Positions 1 through 11,446 of a DNA stretch of 64,000 nucleotides are shown here, one piece after another (the stretch's first letter is position 1; each line of letters opens with the position of its first letter). The notes under the pieces were generated by a model. That model did not search any database and was not told the origin of the DNA. It was given only the letters and a program-made list of their open reading frames with translations. The stretch comes from Gracilinanus agilis. Lineage: Eukaryota. The position numbers and the translations under genes are program-made. The stretch spans positions 171,867,292 through 171,931,291 of the forward strand of contig NC_058132.1 of the NCBI RefSeq assembly GCF_016433145.1, given 5' to 3'.

Positions 1-30
<30 letters not shown>
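1..30. repeat. (AT)n microsatellite
   Basis: Perfect atatat run from position 1 to 30. Confidence 0.95.
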
Positions 31-34
<4 letters not shown>

Positions 35-35
35 T

Positions 36-922
36 TGATATGAAACTATTAGATTCTTAATAGGGTAAGGTAATCAAGTCAACATTTCTCAAAAAATACA
101 ACTTGATTACAATGGAACTTAAGTGGTTAACTATTAACCATACATAGTGTGAAGTGTGAATCAAACTTTGTCTATCAATCAGCAACTTTTGATTTCATCA
201 ACCAAAAACTGAAAACATCCCTACTTAGCACTTTGTTAGCCACCAGGTAGGAGAATTCACAGGTCACTTACTTAAAGAGTTCACACCCTCAGAAACTCAA
301 TCTTGTCAGGAACTTATGAATCTTTTTGATAAGAGTTTAAACCTTCAGAGGATGAGAGGTGTGAATCCCACAGACCCTGCCCCCCTGGGCAGTACTAGGC
401 AATTTGGAAGCTGTGATTGGTCCCTGTGAAGAGGGGAAGGGACAAGAAGTCACTATAAAAGCCCTGAACTTCTTTGGCTAGAGAGAGTCTTCTGCAAGCA
501 GTTATTTGGATATAGTCGTCTTCAACTGGTGGCCTGGCTCTTGGAGGTAACTTGGGAGTTGGACTGCCTCTTGGGTGAGTGAATAGCTGGCCTTCCTCTC
601 CTGGTGTCTGGAGAGAGATTAATTTCTGAGAGGCCTTCCGTTCTTGGAGGAGGGTGTGTGGGTAGAACTCTGAATCCTCTGATCCAGGGTTAACAAGTTC
701 TGCCGGGCTGAGCTGAGCACCAGAGCAATATTCAGTGTGTTAGGGTAGACATCTTCTCTACCCTCTTTTTGCATTTCTCTACTTTCACTCTTTCCACCTC
801 TTTGTAAATAAAAGCTATTAAAAGTCATTTTGACTTGAGTTATAATATTTTAAATTAGTGATCACCATATTATTTTAGAATTCTCACATATTTTAGTCAA
901 ACTCTTAATTTAATTCCTTATG
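36..922 (+). mobile_element. Solo LTR (ERV-type) in MRE11 intron 4, antisense to MRE11; boundaries approximate
   Basis: LTR-like order on +: ATTGG (reverse CCAAT) at 416-420, TATAAAA at 454-460, then AATAAA at 807-812 and an AT-rich U5-like tail. No coding signature and no clean TSD found. Confidence 0.6.
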
Positions 923-985
923 ATAGGTACACTTCAGAATTTATTATACACAATTAAATTAGATATTTCAATGTCAACATACTTA

Positions 986-1147
<162 letters not shown>

Positions 1148-1759
1148 CTAAAAAATAATCATCTTGGAGTTAGTTTATTTTGCACTTCCACAATGAGTTG
1201 TTTAATATATATATCTATCTTTGGAAATTTTAGATAGAAATCTGTAGACTTAAACTTTTTTTTACTATAGGATTATCTATAGGAACTTGCTTTCTTAGAA
1301 TTATTAATTTATAATTGCTCAAATTTTCCCACTTTGTTCTACAAATTCACTATCCAAGAACATCAAGCATCAACAATTCTACTTTTCCATTATTAAAACT
1401 GATTAAAAATTCAACAGATAAGTAACAATGAGAAAGCTAAAAAACTTGTTAATAGTTATTATATTATAGACAAATTGCAGAATCCGAGAAACTATTTAGT
1501 CCAACTAATAGCAGAGGACGCCACACCCTCCCCCAAAAAATGGTTATCAAGCACTTATCTAGGCACTTTAAAAATGTTGGGATACCCACAATTTTCCCTA
1601 AGCTGCACCTTCTGCTTCTTGACAGTCCTTACTGTCAGTTTTTCTTTTTATCAAGCTAAAATCTGCCTCTTTCAAAGCAACTTCCACACATTGTTACAGG
1701 TCTGCCAAAAACAAATATAATCTCTCTTCCAATGAAGGCCTTTCAGTTACTCAAGGACA

Positions 1760-2030
1760 GTTACCCTGATTTGCTTAACTTTTGTTTTCTCTTCTCCAGG
1801 AAAAATAAATTTTATTTCCTCCAATCTATCTTCATATAGCATGCTCTCCAGTCCTCTCATTAACTCAAACACCCTCCTGGATATACTCTCTCAATTTTGC
1901 CAATTTCTTTTCTAACATAGTACCCAAAACTGAACAAACAACTCCAGATTTGAGAAGAGCAGAACAGAATATAGTAATATTATTACTTTCTTCATTCTGG
2001 ACACTATGTTTCTCTTAAGAAAGTCTAAGA
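1760..2030 (-). mobile_element. CR1/L3 LINE 3' remnant
   Basis: Degenerate CR1-like 3' sequence (gtacccaaaactgaacaaacaactccagatttgagaagagcagaacagaat...ctggacact); by recall only. Confidence 0.5.
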
Positions 2031-3016
2031 TATGCCCCTAAAACAAAATTAAATATCTAGGAATCTTGGAACAGATGTTAAGAGTTGACAAAAGACTGGG
2101 GAATATGGATACTAACCTGTGCTTAGGCAGGAATGTTTTTGTCTGTATACCAGGGTGGAAGAGGATAATTATCTGGGAGGAAGTCCTTGCCTGCAGATCT
2201 ATGCTATGTTAAGATAGGCTCTAGGTCCTAGAATAAGCTGGGAACAGAGGATATCACCTCTTGTATTCTTAATGGAGAATGGACTTCCAGGAAAAATCAC
2301 AGCAGAAGCTGACGTCCAATCCAAAGGAATAGGAAATCCTATAGGAAAATACCACTGCCACTATCTCTCACCTCTGAACACTGTAATCTAAAAGAATTCA
2401 ATCAAATTTTATCTTTGGTCCAACTTAACATGTAACTTTTGTTAATTTCAAGATCTCCTTTACCTTCTCCCTTCAACCCCTAAAAATATCACCTACTTGC
2501 TAACAGAAGTCTGAAATTTCTTTTAAAAAAAAAAACAAAGCTTTTTCCTCCACATTTAGAAATAAATCTAAAATTCACATACCAATTAAGTGAAATTTAT
2601 TCATAATAAAATGTAATCAGTCCAAAATAAAAGATCCTTCCCAATTTTAAAAGGTCAGAAAGGGTAAAAAATGAAGAAATTGCTAGGTATCTGAAAGCCA
2701 GGAAAGGTTGTCGTTAAAAACAAGGAACCAAAAACTGGAACATAGTTTAACTAAGCCATGACCAAAAAAAATCAAGAAGTATTTTTCTCATGCCTGCAAA
2801 TATAGTTCTATTTTAAATAGCTCATAAAGAAAGTAAGCTACATTTGTAAAGTATTTTTAACTGAACTATCTGCACAACAATATTGATGACATTTTCATAT
2901 AAAAAACAGGCCAGGTGAGAGCAAAGGTATACTCTTTGAATATGAGGGGAAAGAAAGAATAATCCTTTGTTTAGGGGCAATAGAGTAGAAATTTAATCAA
3001 AGAAAGAAATAAGCTA

Positions 3017-3187
<171 letters not shown>

Positions 3188-3754
3188 TTAATAAAAAATA
3201 ATTCACAAAATTTGAGAACAAGAGATTTCAGCATACTACTTATATATTTTAAGATAATCTTGAGTTATAAGTACACATCAAATGAGTTATAAAAGTTATA
3301 AAGCACTTAGTGTCTTAATAAAAGTTGAACTGAACTAAATATATGGTACATCTCAAATAAAATGTGCAGCCAGAACAGGTTCTCTTCAGAAATATTTATG
3401 CAATGCTGACCAAGTAGTTTGTGTACTATGTACACAGGTAGGTCTCGGTAACACTTCAAGGTGTAGTTCTCTCTCATGAAAAATTAATTTAACTCTATTT
3501 TTCACCCCAACAATTATTTGCCACTCTAAGAGGTTACCTTATACCAGAGTTGTTGGCTAACTGTTAGTCTGAAAAGAAGGCTCAAAAATGTTATTTCAAC
3601 AGTACCTATAGGACACATCTCTATAGATGTCTTGTCAAGTATCTCAGTACTAAACCAAGCTTATTGTCTTCCCCAAAGGAAATTGCACTTCCTTACTTCA
3701 TTATTTCTATTAGTGGCACCATCATTCACCTAGTGTCTCTCACTTCTTATACAC

Positions 3755-3939
3755 CAGAGATAGGCAAACTACAACCCGAGGGCCAGATGCAGCCCCCTGA
3801 AATCTTCTATCTGGCAACGCGACATTATTCCTAATCTGACGAATACAATGAAACTTCGAAAGAGTTGCCTTAGAAACAGACTGACAGATGAGCATTTCCT
3901 TTCCTTTGGACCCCTCTTTAAAAAGTTTGCCCATCACTG
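3755..3939. mobile_element. hAT (Charlie-like) non-autonomous DNA transposon / MITE
   Basis: Terminal inverted repeats cagagataggcaaact ... agtttgcccatcactg (14/16 match) and an 8-bp TSD ttatacac (3747-3754) / ctatacac (3940-3947), the hAT signature. Confidence 0.88.
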
Positions 3940-4159
3940 CTATACACAATCAGTTGCTAAATCCTGTCAATTCTTCCTCTGCAATTTCCTATATCCTCCT
4001 TTACCTCTTCTCAGTGCTACCATCATTATATCATATTATCATATATCATACTGTAATCATCACTGTCATTATCATTAACCTCAATTTTAAAAAGTCTCCC
4101 CGCTATTATTCCAATTTCAATCTCCTCATAGTTAATCCATCCTTCACACACCTGTGAAA

Positions 4160-4390
4160 ATATTATGGTCTGGATTCGGTTCAATCAAGTCTGACTCTTT
4201 GTGACCCAATTTGGAATTTTCTTAGCAAAGATGCTAAAATGGTTGACTATTTCCTTCTCTAGCTCATCTTATAGAGGAGGAAACTGGGGCCAACAGGATT
4301 AAATGACTTATCCAGGGTCACACAGCTAGTAAGTGTTTGAGGTCAGATTTCCACTTAAGATAAGTCTTCCTGAATCCAGACCCATAACTC
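4160..4390 (-). mobile_element. MIR/MAR1-type core SINE
   Basis: Reverse core sequence gaggaaactggggccaacaggattaaatgacttatccagggtcacacagctagtaagtgtttgagg. Confidence 0.75.
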
Positions 4391-5337
4391 TATTGAGCAT
4401 GCCATGGTCTGTTGAGCATATCACTCCCTTGCTCAAGATCCTATTTCCTAGCAAGTAAAATTCAAGCTCCCTGGCCTAACACTCAAGCCTCTTCACAAGT
4501 TCTAATTTCCTATTTTGCCTTTGTTCATATTTTTTCCTATTTAGCATTGTCCTTTCTATTCTACTACCTCCCCTGCCTACAGAAAGTGCAATTTAAATAA
4601 CAATTCCTGGAGAAAGCCTTTCCAGATCCACCAGTTCCCCACTCTAAAATAACCTTATGCCCTTATATAATATTTTGCATTATAACTTCCTCAATTATAA
4701 AATGTAGGTAACAATACTTGTAGTATTTACCTCAAAGGCTTGTTGTGAGGGGATAATGGAAAATGTTTGTAAAGCCCTTTGCAAACTTTAAAATGCTACA
4801 GAACTGAGTTCTTAAGAGGGGTTCTAGGAGGACAGAGGCTATGTCTTATCTAAATTTTGTATCTTCCTTAGCACTCAAACTTAAGACTCAGCAAGAATTT
4901 AATAAAATGTTCGATGACCTCAATATTGTCTTTAAGTGCTGAAAAAATGATAACTTTTTCCATAGTACACTGTGATTTAATTGGTATAAGGAAGTCTTAG
5001 GAAATATATTTCCTTTATTAATGCAGGTTGGCACCTTCTCTGTAACTTATAATCTTTTTTGGCTTTAAGGCTGGCTAGAGAGCCACTCCTTCAAGCTGCC
5101 TCTCACTTAAGAATAAACTACATTCTCTGTCCATAATTTTTGTATGCATTATAATAAAACTAAAGACTCTATAAGCTTTTTGAAAGTGAAATAAGTGTTA
5201 AAAATGTGTTTAATAAGCTAAAATTTGTACTCACATAAGCAAAACATACATAATCAACACTTAAGCAATTCTTCCTTACATAAATAAAACAATAGGCTTT
5301 GAAAAAAACAAAGATTCTTGGAGGCTATGAGGCTTAC

Positions 5338-5357
5338 AGTGTATCTGCAGAATTCAT
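5338..5357 (-). CDS. MRE11: MRE11 start, coding part of exon 2 (20 nt): ATG AAT TCT GCA GAT ACA CT = MNSADT(L)
   Basis: Matches the mammalian MRE11 N-terminus (human MSTADAL). Donor |gtaagc; CT plus the T of exon 3 gives Leu. Confidence 0.95.
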
Positions 5358-5475
5358 TTCCTCTACCTTCAACCCAGTTGCTATGGGCTAGCAATATCAC
5401 CAAGTAGCTTCAGATACTGCCTATGGTCCTACTGGTCAGGAAATTTATTGTGGATTCCAATTCTCCAAGTCAGCT
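5338..5475 (-). other. MRE11: MRE11 exon 2 (5'UTR plus start codon), 138 nt
   Basis: Acceptor cattttgtcttttag| at 5476-5477; no upstream ATG within the exon. Confidence 0.8.
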
Positions 5476-6499
5476 CTAAAAGACAAAATGATTGTATTTT
5501 TTAAAATGCATTTAAAGAGGATTTAAATATTCATATGTATATATATATATGTATATATATATATATTTATATAACATACTATAAAAATAGAAAAAATATT
5601 TGGCATATTTAAAATATTTTTCTTAAATTCTACAACTCTCAGAGAGGTGCTGAGGGCACTAAAAATGACTTCTCCAGTCACACAACCAGTAAGTGTCACA
5701 GGCAAGACTTGAACCCAAGACTTTTCTGACTCAGAGGCTTGAATTGCTATTTCACTAAATTAGCTGCTTCTTGGGTGTGGGCATGCTACGTGAAAATATG
5801 TGAACATGATAAAACATATAATTTTATCAACTCCTTGTGGATGTGGGCATATATGTGAATATGACACCACACATAATTATATTACTTACAATATATAATC
5901 CTATGTATAAAGTGTTATATATTAATTCTAATAAACCAGCTGCCTCATACTTATATGTAATATGCATACTTATATACCCTTTTTCAAAAACTGACATACT
6001 GTAAAGACTGTAGATCCAAAAGTACACTTTTGATGCCACTAGTCCCACAGCTGGTCTCTTTGCAATGGATAGTATTTTTTCAATGATATTTCTCATTTCT
6101 TTGGGGAGGGCAGGGAAGGAAGTCGACTTTGCACACTGAAAGGAAAGGTTCCTACAATATCCAACCAATTTTTTTCTTGAAAGGCAAGGACTACATTGGG
6201 TTTATAAAAGCAATTATCTAATTCTCATTTAAAGTCATCCTTCTATTTAACAGGAAATTGACTCTCCGAAAATAAATGGATTCAGGCTTAACGCTAGATA
6301 AATAACAACACACGTGGTCTACCATGACGAAAGGTGCCAGGGGGCAGGACATAGAAAAACAATGGGGAAAGGGAGGAGATCCAGGTCAGGTACTGGATGC
6401 CAAGAGGAAGAGCAGGGACTGGGCTGGCAAAAATGACCCAAGTCTCCCTGTCCATTGCCTGGGTCTCGCTGGTCCAGGGCTAAGCCACCTGGCGAGGCA

Positions 6500-7150
6500 C
6501 TCCAGGGGTCCGGGAATCCCAGCCTGGCATGGGGGGGTTGGGGGCTGGGAAAGTCTATCCTTCCCAAACAGGATCCGGCCTGGCAGCCGGTGACATGGCA
6601 ATGGGGGGCAATCCAAGCTGCCTTTTACCCGGGGTGCAGGAGAAAGGGGCCGTGAGGGCAGTTCAGACAGCAGCAACGGCGGCCGCCTCCGGCCCTTCCA
6701 TAGATGAGAACAGGCGGGAAATGAAAGAAGACGAGATGGGGCGGGAAAGAGGAACGGAAGAAGGAAAGACCTACCTTATATTCTCGCGATGCTTCCTGAG
6801 GTCGCGCGAGAACTTCCCGGATTCTTCCGTTCTCGTTGGCTGCTGCATAGGGCTCAAGGTTAGGCCTTGGGAACGAGTCTCCGCCCCCTTGGCGAAAGCC
6901 AATCCGGTCGGCTTTGGAGAAGAGACGGTGACAGGACCCGGAAGTGCGTGGAAGGGAGTGGTGGGTTCGCTCTCTCTCTCTCCCCCGCACTCCAGGACCC
7001 CATCTTCAGCGCCTAACGGACTTGCTAGTGGCCTAGACGTGGCTCGCCCAGCAAGACGAGATCGAGGCGAGCCGCGACGCGTCATCCGCCTCCTCTCTTC
7101 CCACCTGGGACCTTGGCAGAGCCGCCCGTTTGTTGTTGGAGGACAGAGGG
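6500..7150. promoter_or_regulatory. CpG island / bidirectional promoter shared by MRE11 (-) and ANKRD49 (+)
   Basis: CpG-dense segment in an AT-rich background. Contains TCTCGCGAT (6782-6790), TCGCGCGAGA (6802-6811), CCAAT (6899-6903) and ETS/GABP CCGGAAGT (6938-6945). The head-to-head arrangement is known in human. Confidence 0.9.
6775..6860 (-). other. MRE11: MRE11 non-coding exon 1 (3' boundary supported, TSS approximate)
   Basis: Strong donor AAG|gtaggt at 6777-6769 on the minus strand inside the CpG island. Confidence 0.65.
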
Positions 7151-7209
7151 CCTCTCCAAGTCTTGGGAATAACGCCTCTCCAGGTCATCAACCCTCATTC
7201 CCTTCCTAT

Positions 7210-7370
7210 CCTAGTGTCATAGGATTTAGAGTTGGAAGGGACCCTGTAGAAATCATCTAGTCCAACCCCTTCTCATTTTACAAGTTAGGAAACTGAGGCC
7301 TAGAGAAGGAAAGGGACTTGCCCGAGGCCACACAAGTAGTAGAGGGAAGAGCTGACATTCGAACCCAGGC
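7210..7370 (-). mobile_element. MIR SINE
   Basis: gggaccctgtagaaatcatctagtccaaccccttctcatttacaagttaggaaactgaggcctagagaagg...cttgcccgaggccacaca: typical reverse MIR. Confidence 0.8.
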
Positions 7371-9869
7371 CTTTGTTAGCTTTGGCTGTAGCTTCTTACA
7401 ATTGTATGTTTGCCTCATTTTACTCAACTCTCAAACCAAACCTGTTTAAATTAATTTCAAGGCCACCACCTCTACCTCAATTTACCTTGGGTCATTGATA
7501 GATTAAAGTACATTACACAGGGAAACAAAACATCCTTTTAAAAGAAAAAAAAAACCCACTCATGTAAACCTTAGATGAGGGTTGTGTAGCAAGTTGATCC
7601 TGAACTACAAATTCCTAACTTTGGAAGAGGGGACAATATAACAAACAAAATGACTCTACAACCTTAACATCACTCAGCCAAAAGGAAGACTATGAACCAA
7701 GGAGGTGGTAAGATAACTGGATAAAACTATGATTTTCTGTATATGTGTTTAAGTAGTTTTTACTACATATGTTAGGAGAAGGATATGACCATTAATGCAC
7801 TTCTGTCATATGTCTAATTGAGACTTTCAGGAGAAAAATGGGGAGCCTTAAATAGATGGAAGGCCAGAAGACAAAGTAGTTTTGACTAGGTCTCAGACAT
7901 ATGCCATTATGCTTACCTAAAGTGGATCTGAAATTTCATCAGTCAGTACTCTCTCCAGTAGTACTAATCAAAGTTCATCATGTTTTTTATCTTGGGTAAA
8001 ATTTGTCCCTGTCCTCCAATAAATCCTTCATAGAATATCTACTGAATGTATCAGAGGCCTTTTTTTTTTTCTGTCTTAAGATTCACTGGAGGAAGGTATG
8101 GCACTTAAGCTGTTCATCTGCTTTCTGTTCTTAGAACAAGACCAACCTGCCTCATTATCTGGTATAATTTCTAGGTATGCCTTTTGTGTTATTTTGTGTT
8201 AACATAAGTAATATTCGATAGCCAATTTTACTCTTACTATGCATCTCTTGCCTTTTGAGTCATCTGCAATTTTTTGTTTTTCAGAAAGTGTAGTACTCAT
8301 GACTTACAACTGTATATTTGATATAATTCATGGATCTATGATCTCATCAATTTAAATATTCTTCCAACAGTGCAAATTACAATCTATCCATGCCTGTCTT
8401 TTCTTCCTTTTGTCTGTGTTGCCTATAACATCACCCCAGAGACTTTCTATACCATGTTGGAGACTTTTCTCACCTTTTCTTGTTGAAGAGAATTCCAGGG
8501 AAGCACTGAGGCAGTCCACCTGTGTTCCTTCATACAAACAAGCCAGACTTCATTTTTGCTCAACATTTACCTTATAACATTCTTTATTCCATCTCTTCAG
8601 ACTACCTTATTTGTTATATGATCATGCCAACTGTGCTTTGCCTTCTGTGCAATGCTGATTTTGAATTCTTTGCAAACTATAATGTTCTGTGACTTACAGC
8701 TGTGCAAAAACATCAATAGTATATTGATATTTTTAAAAACTAAGAAAGAAAAGAATAAGTGCTTCAGTTTTATTGAAAGCATTTCAGTCCATTCTTTTGC
8801 TATATAGTTTAGGGCCCAGCCCAAAACTTTATTGCAAGAGAACATTTAAGGATACATTTGATCCTAAGACTTTCATAATCAATAGCAGAGTCTTGTGTTC
8901 TGCATCACCTTTCAGTCAGTTTAAATGAGGATGTAGCCTGCTGTAGAAAATAATTTTATTTATTAATTTGTTCGTTCTAGACATAAATGCTGATGGACAA
9001 GTGCTATAAATTGTCAATCTAACTGCATATAATCTGAATAGTTACTCTATCCATAGTCATTCACTTGGTTTTTCCTGTGTAGATTAGGCCAAATTCTATT
9101 AAGAATTTGTATTAAACTTGAGTTTTGTGTTAAAAATGAGTTTCTGTGTCAAGGGATGGCTTAAGATCTAGATCATGAAAGGCACTGTGTAATTTCCCAA
9201 ATGTGTCCACCTATTCTTTTCCTCATATTCAGCTCTGGACCCAGCTCACCATCAATCTGCATACCTATCCAAAATTTACTGTCAATTTAACTGAATGTCC
9301 TGCCTATCCAGCTGTATATAATAGTTTGAGCAGTAGGTGTTATTTATCTTTTTTTTTTTCCTGAATGGACTCTTGAACTGATCTCTTTTGAATATCAATT
9401 GAGTGAGGTCAAAGTATTCTGGTGCATGATATTATCTTCAGAAGATAGCATCTGGAAGACCATACTTTCTAAGGAATACCTCTTCCATTTGGACTTTGTC
9501 CAAAACAGCTTTAGTTAATTTATCTCCTGTTTTATACCTCATTAGATGTGAATAGAGGATCACAGAACAAAATACCCTGGTGTTTATATCTCAAGATCCT
9601 CTAATTAAATATCTTCTCTAATATTATTAAATACATGAGACACTGTTGCAGGAGAGCCTACCTCTTTCATAATTAAGGAACAACAGGGTCTTGTGTTCTA
9701 TATCGCCCTTCAATCATTTGTATAATTATACAGAGTGTAGTTTGCTGTAGAAAATCCTATGTGGAAGCCTGGCTATTCCTTTCTCATTTTCTACAACAGT
9801 ACTCTCGATGCCTATGTAGATCATTCTCAGAAAGACCTCATAGAGCTGAGAAAGTAGCCAAGTGGGTTG

Positions 9870-10130
9870 GTAATAACTAACAGCTAATATTTATGTAAAA
9901 CTTAAAGGTTTGCAAAGCCCTTTATGTACCCTATCTCATTAAAGCCTCAACAACCCTTCACAGTAGATCCTTAAAGGTATTATTATAATCCCCACTTTAC
10001 AAATGAAGAAACAAGCTTTTAGGGTTTAAATTACCTCCCTCTAATCACACAATATGTGTCTGTGGTGAGATTTTAAACTCAGATCTCTTGACTTCAAGAT
10101 TAGTGATATTTCTATTTCACCATATTCCAG
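9870..10130 (-). mobile_element. MIR SINE nested in RTE
   Basis: taacagctaatatttatgtaaaacttaaaggtttgcaaagccctttat...cccactttacaaatgaagaaac. Confidence 0.75.
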
Positions 10131-10559
10131 CACTCTTAGAACAGTCAGTGCCTGGCAATAGCAAACTCTTAATAAAAGCTAGCTGACTGACTGCAATATT
10201 TTAGTCATATAGTTAATTTGGTTTGTCCTAACTATTCTGCCTGGTGTTTTCTTCAAGTGCCATATCCACTTTCTCATATAGTACATAAGGGAGAGAGATG
10301 TTATGAATTTAAATGTGTGCTAAACTTTCAGATAAAAACAGAATGATGAGAAACACTGACAGATTTTTTTTGTTTGTTATTTTTGCAATTTCTTTTATAA
10401 ATTTTTATGCATGATCTGGCTTATTTTCACACAGCTATCTCTGTAGACTTTTGCCACTGTTGTTTCTTATTTCCTTAATGTATTTTTTACTGTTTTTCAC
10501 TTTGTGTGTTTTTATTTGGGGTTTTTTTATTTTATATGAGTATTCTCTCACATGACCAA

Positions 10560-10870
10560 TATGGAAATGTTTTACAAGATCATATAACCCAGATCAATTA
10601 TTTTCCATCTCAGGGATGAAGGAGGGAAAGGAGGGAGGGAGGCAATTTGGATATTATAATTTTGGAAAACACATGTAAAAGATTTTTATTACATGTAATT
10701 GGGAAAATGATTTTTTTTAATCTTCTTGAAGAGATGGGCAAGATTTTAGAAACATCTATCAATATGTCTACCATGAGCTTCTTTAGATATCTACATAAAC
10801 AGAATACACATATCCAACATCTATAATGTACTGCTTTTGTCCCTTTGTAAGGAAAAAAGATACAAAGCAA
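10560..10870 (+). mobile_element. L1 3'UTR fragment (marsupial L1)
   Basis: ggagggaaaggagggagggaggcaatttggatattataattttggaaaacacatgtaaaagat...acatgtaattgggaaaa: marsupial L1 3' terminus pattern. Confidence 0.55.
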
Positions 10871-10958
10871 CTTATTCTGTTAAATATTCTCTTATTGAAC
10901 AATTATACTCTCCCAAATCTGTGCCATTCTCCATCCTCATTAAAAAGGTAAATAGTTA

Positions 10959-11137
10959 AGGACAACTAGATGACTGGATGGATCCAGGCCTAGAGACAGG
11001 AGGTATTGGGTTCAAATTTGTCCTTAGATACTTCCTAGCTGTGTGACACTGGGCAAGTCACTTATTTCTCACTGCCTAGGCATTACCACTCTTCTGTCTT
11101 GGATCCAGTACAGTATTGATTCTAAGACAGGAGGTAA
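10959..11137 (+). mobile_element. SINE1_Mdo/MAR1-type SINE
   Basis: ccaggcctagagacaggaggtattgggttcaaat...gtgtgacactgggcaagtcactt...accactcttctgtcttgg. Confidence 0.85.
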
Positions 11138-11387
11138 TTTTTTTGTTTGTTTGTTTTTGTTTGTTTTTTAAATAAAGAAAAGTAAGATAAATGGTTTATA
11201 TCTACCAAAGCCAATCCTTTAACTGGTTTCTAGTGAAGTATGAATGAGGCAGAGGCTCATTCTTTCTTATACTATTTAACATATATATATATATAGTCCC
11301 CATCTTGTTCCAACATTTGGTTACCAGTCTAGGCTGGCAGATCACAAAAGCAGCAGATTGGTTGTGTGATTTGTTTTCCTAGCTCAT

Positions 11388-11390
<3 letters not shown>

Positions 11391-11444
<54 letters not shown>
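11391..11444. repeat. (TC)n microsatellite
   Basis: About 27 perfect tc units. Confidence 0.95.

Positions 11445-11446
<2 letters not shown>

Noticed and set aside
6529-7260. 243-aa ORF (and overlapping 80-120 aa ORFs) across the MRE11/ANKRD49 promoter
   Set aside because: GC-rich CpG-island sequence is stop-poor. The translation has no recognisable domain, runs into a MIR and overlaps promoter and intron sequence.
9400-9500. Minus-strand peptide EEVFLRKYGLPDAIF looked like an endogenous viral or host-gene fragment
   Set aside because: Another frame reads VFQMLSSEDNIM, the decayed RT LFADD motif, and the flanks match RTE LINE sequence.
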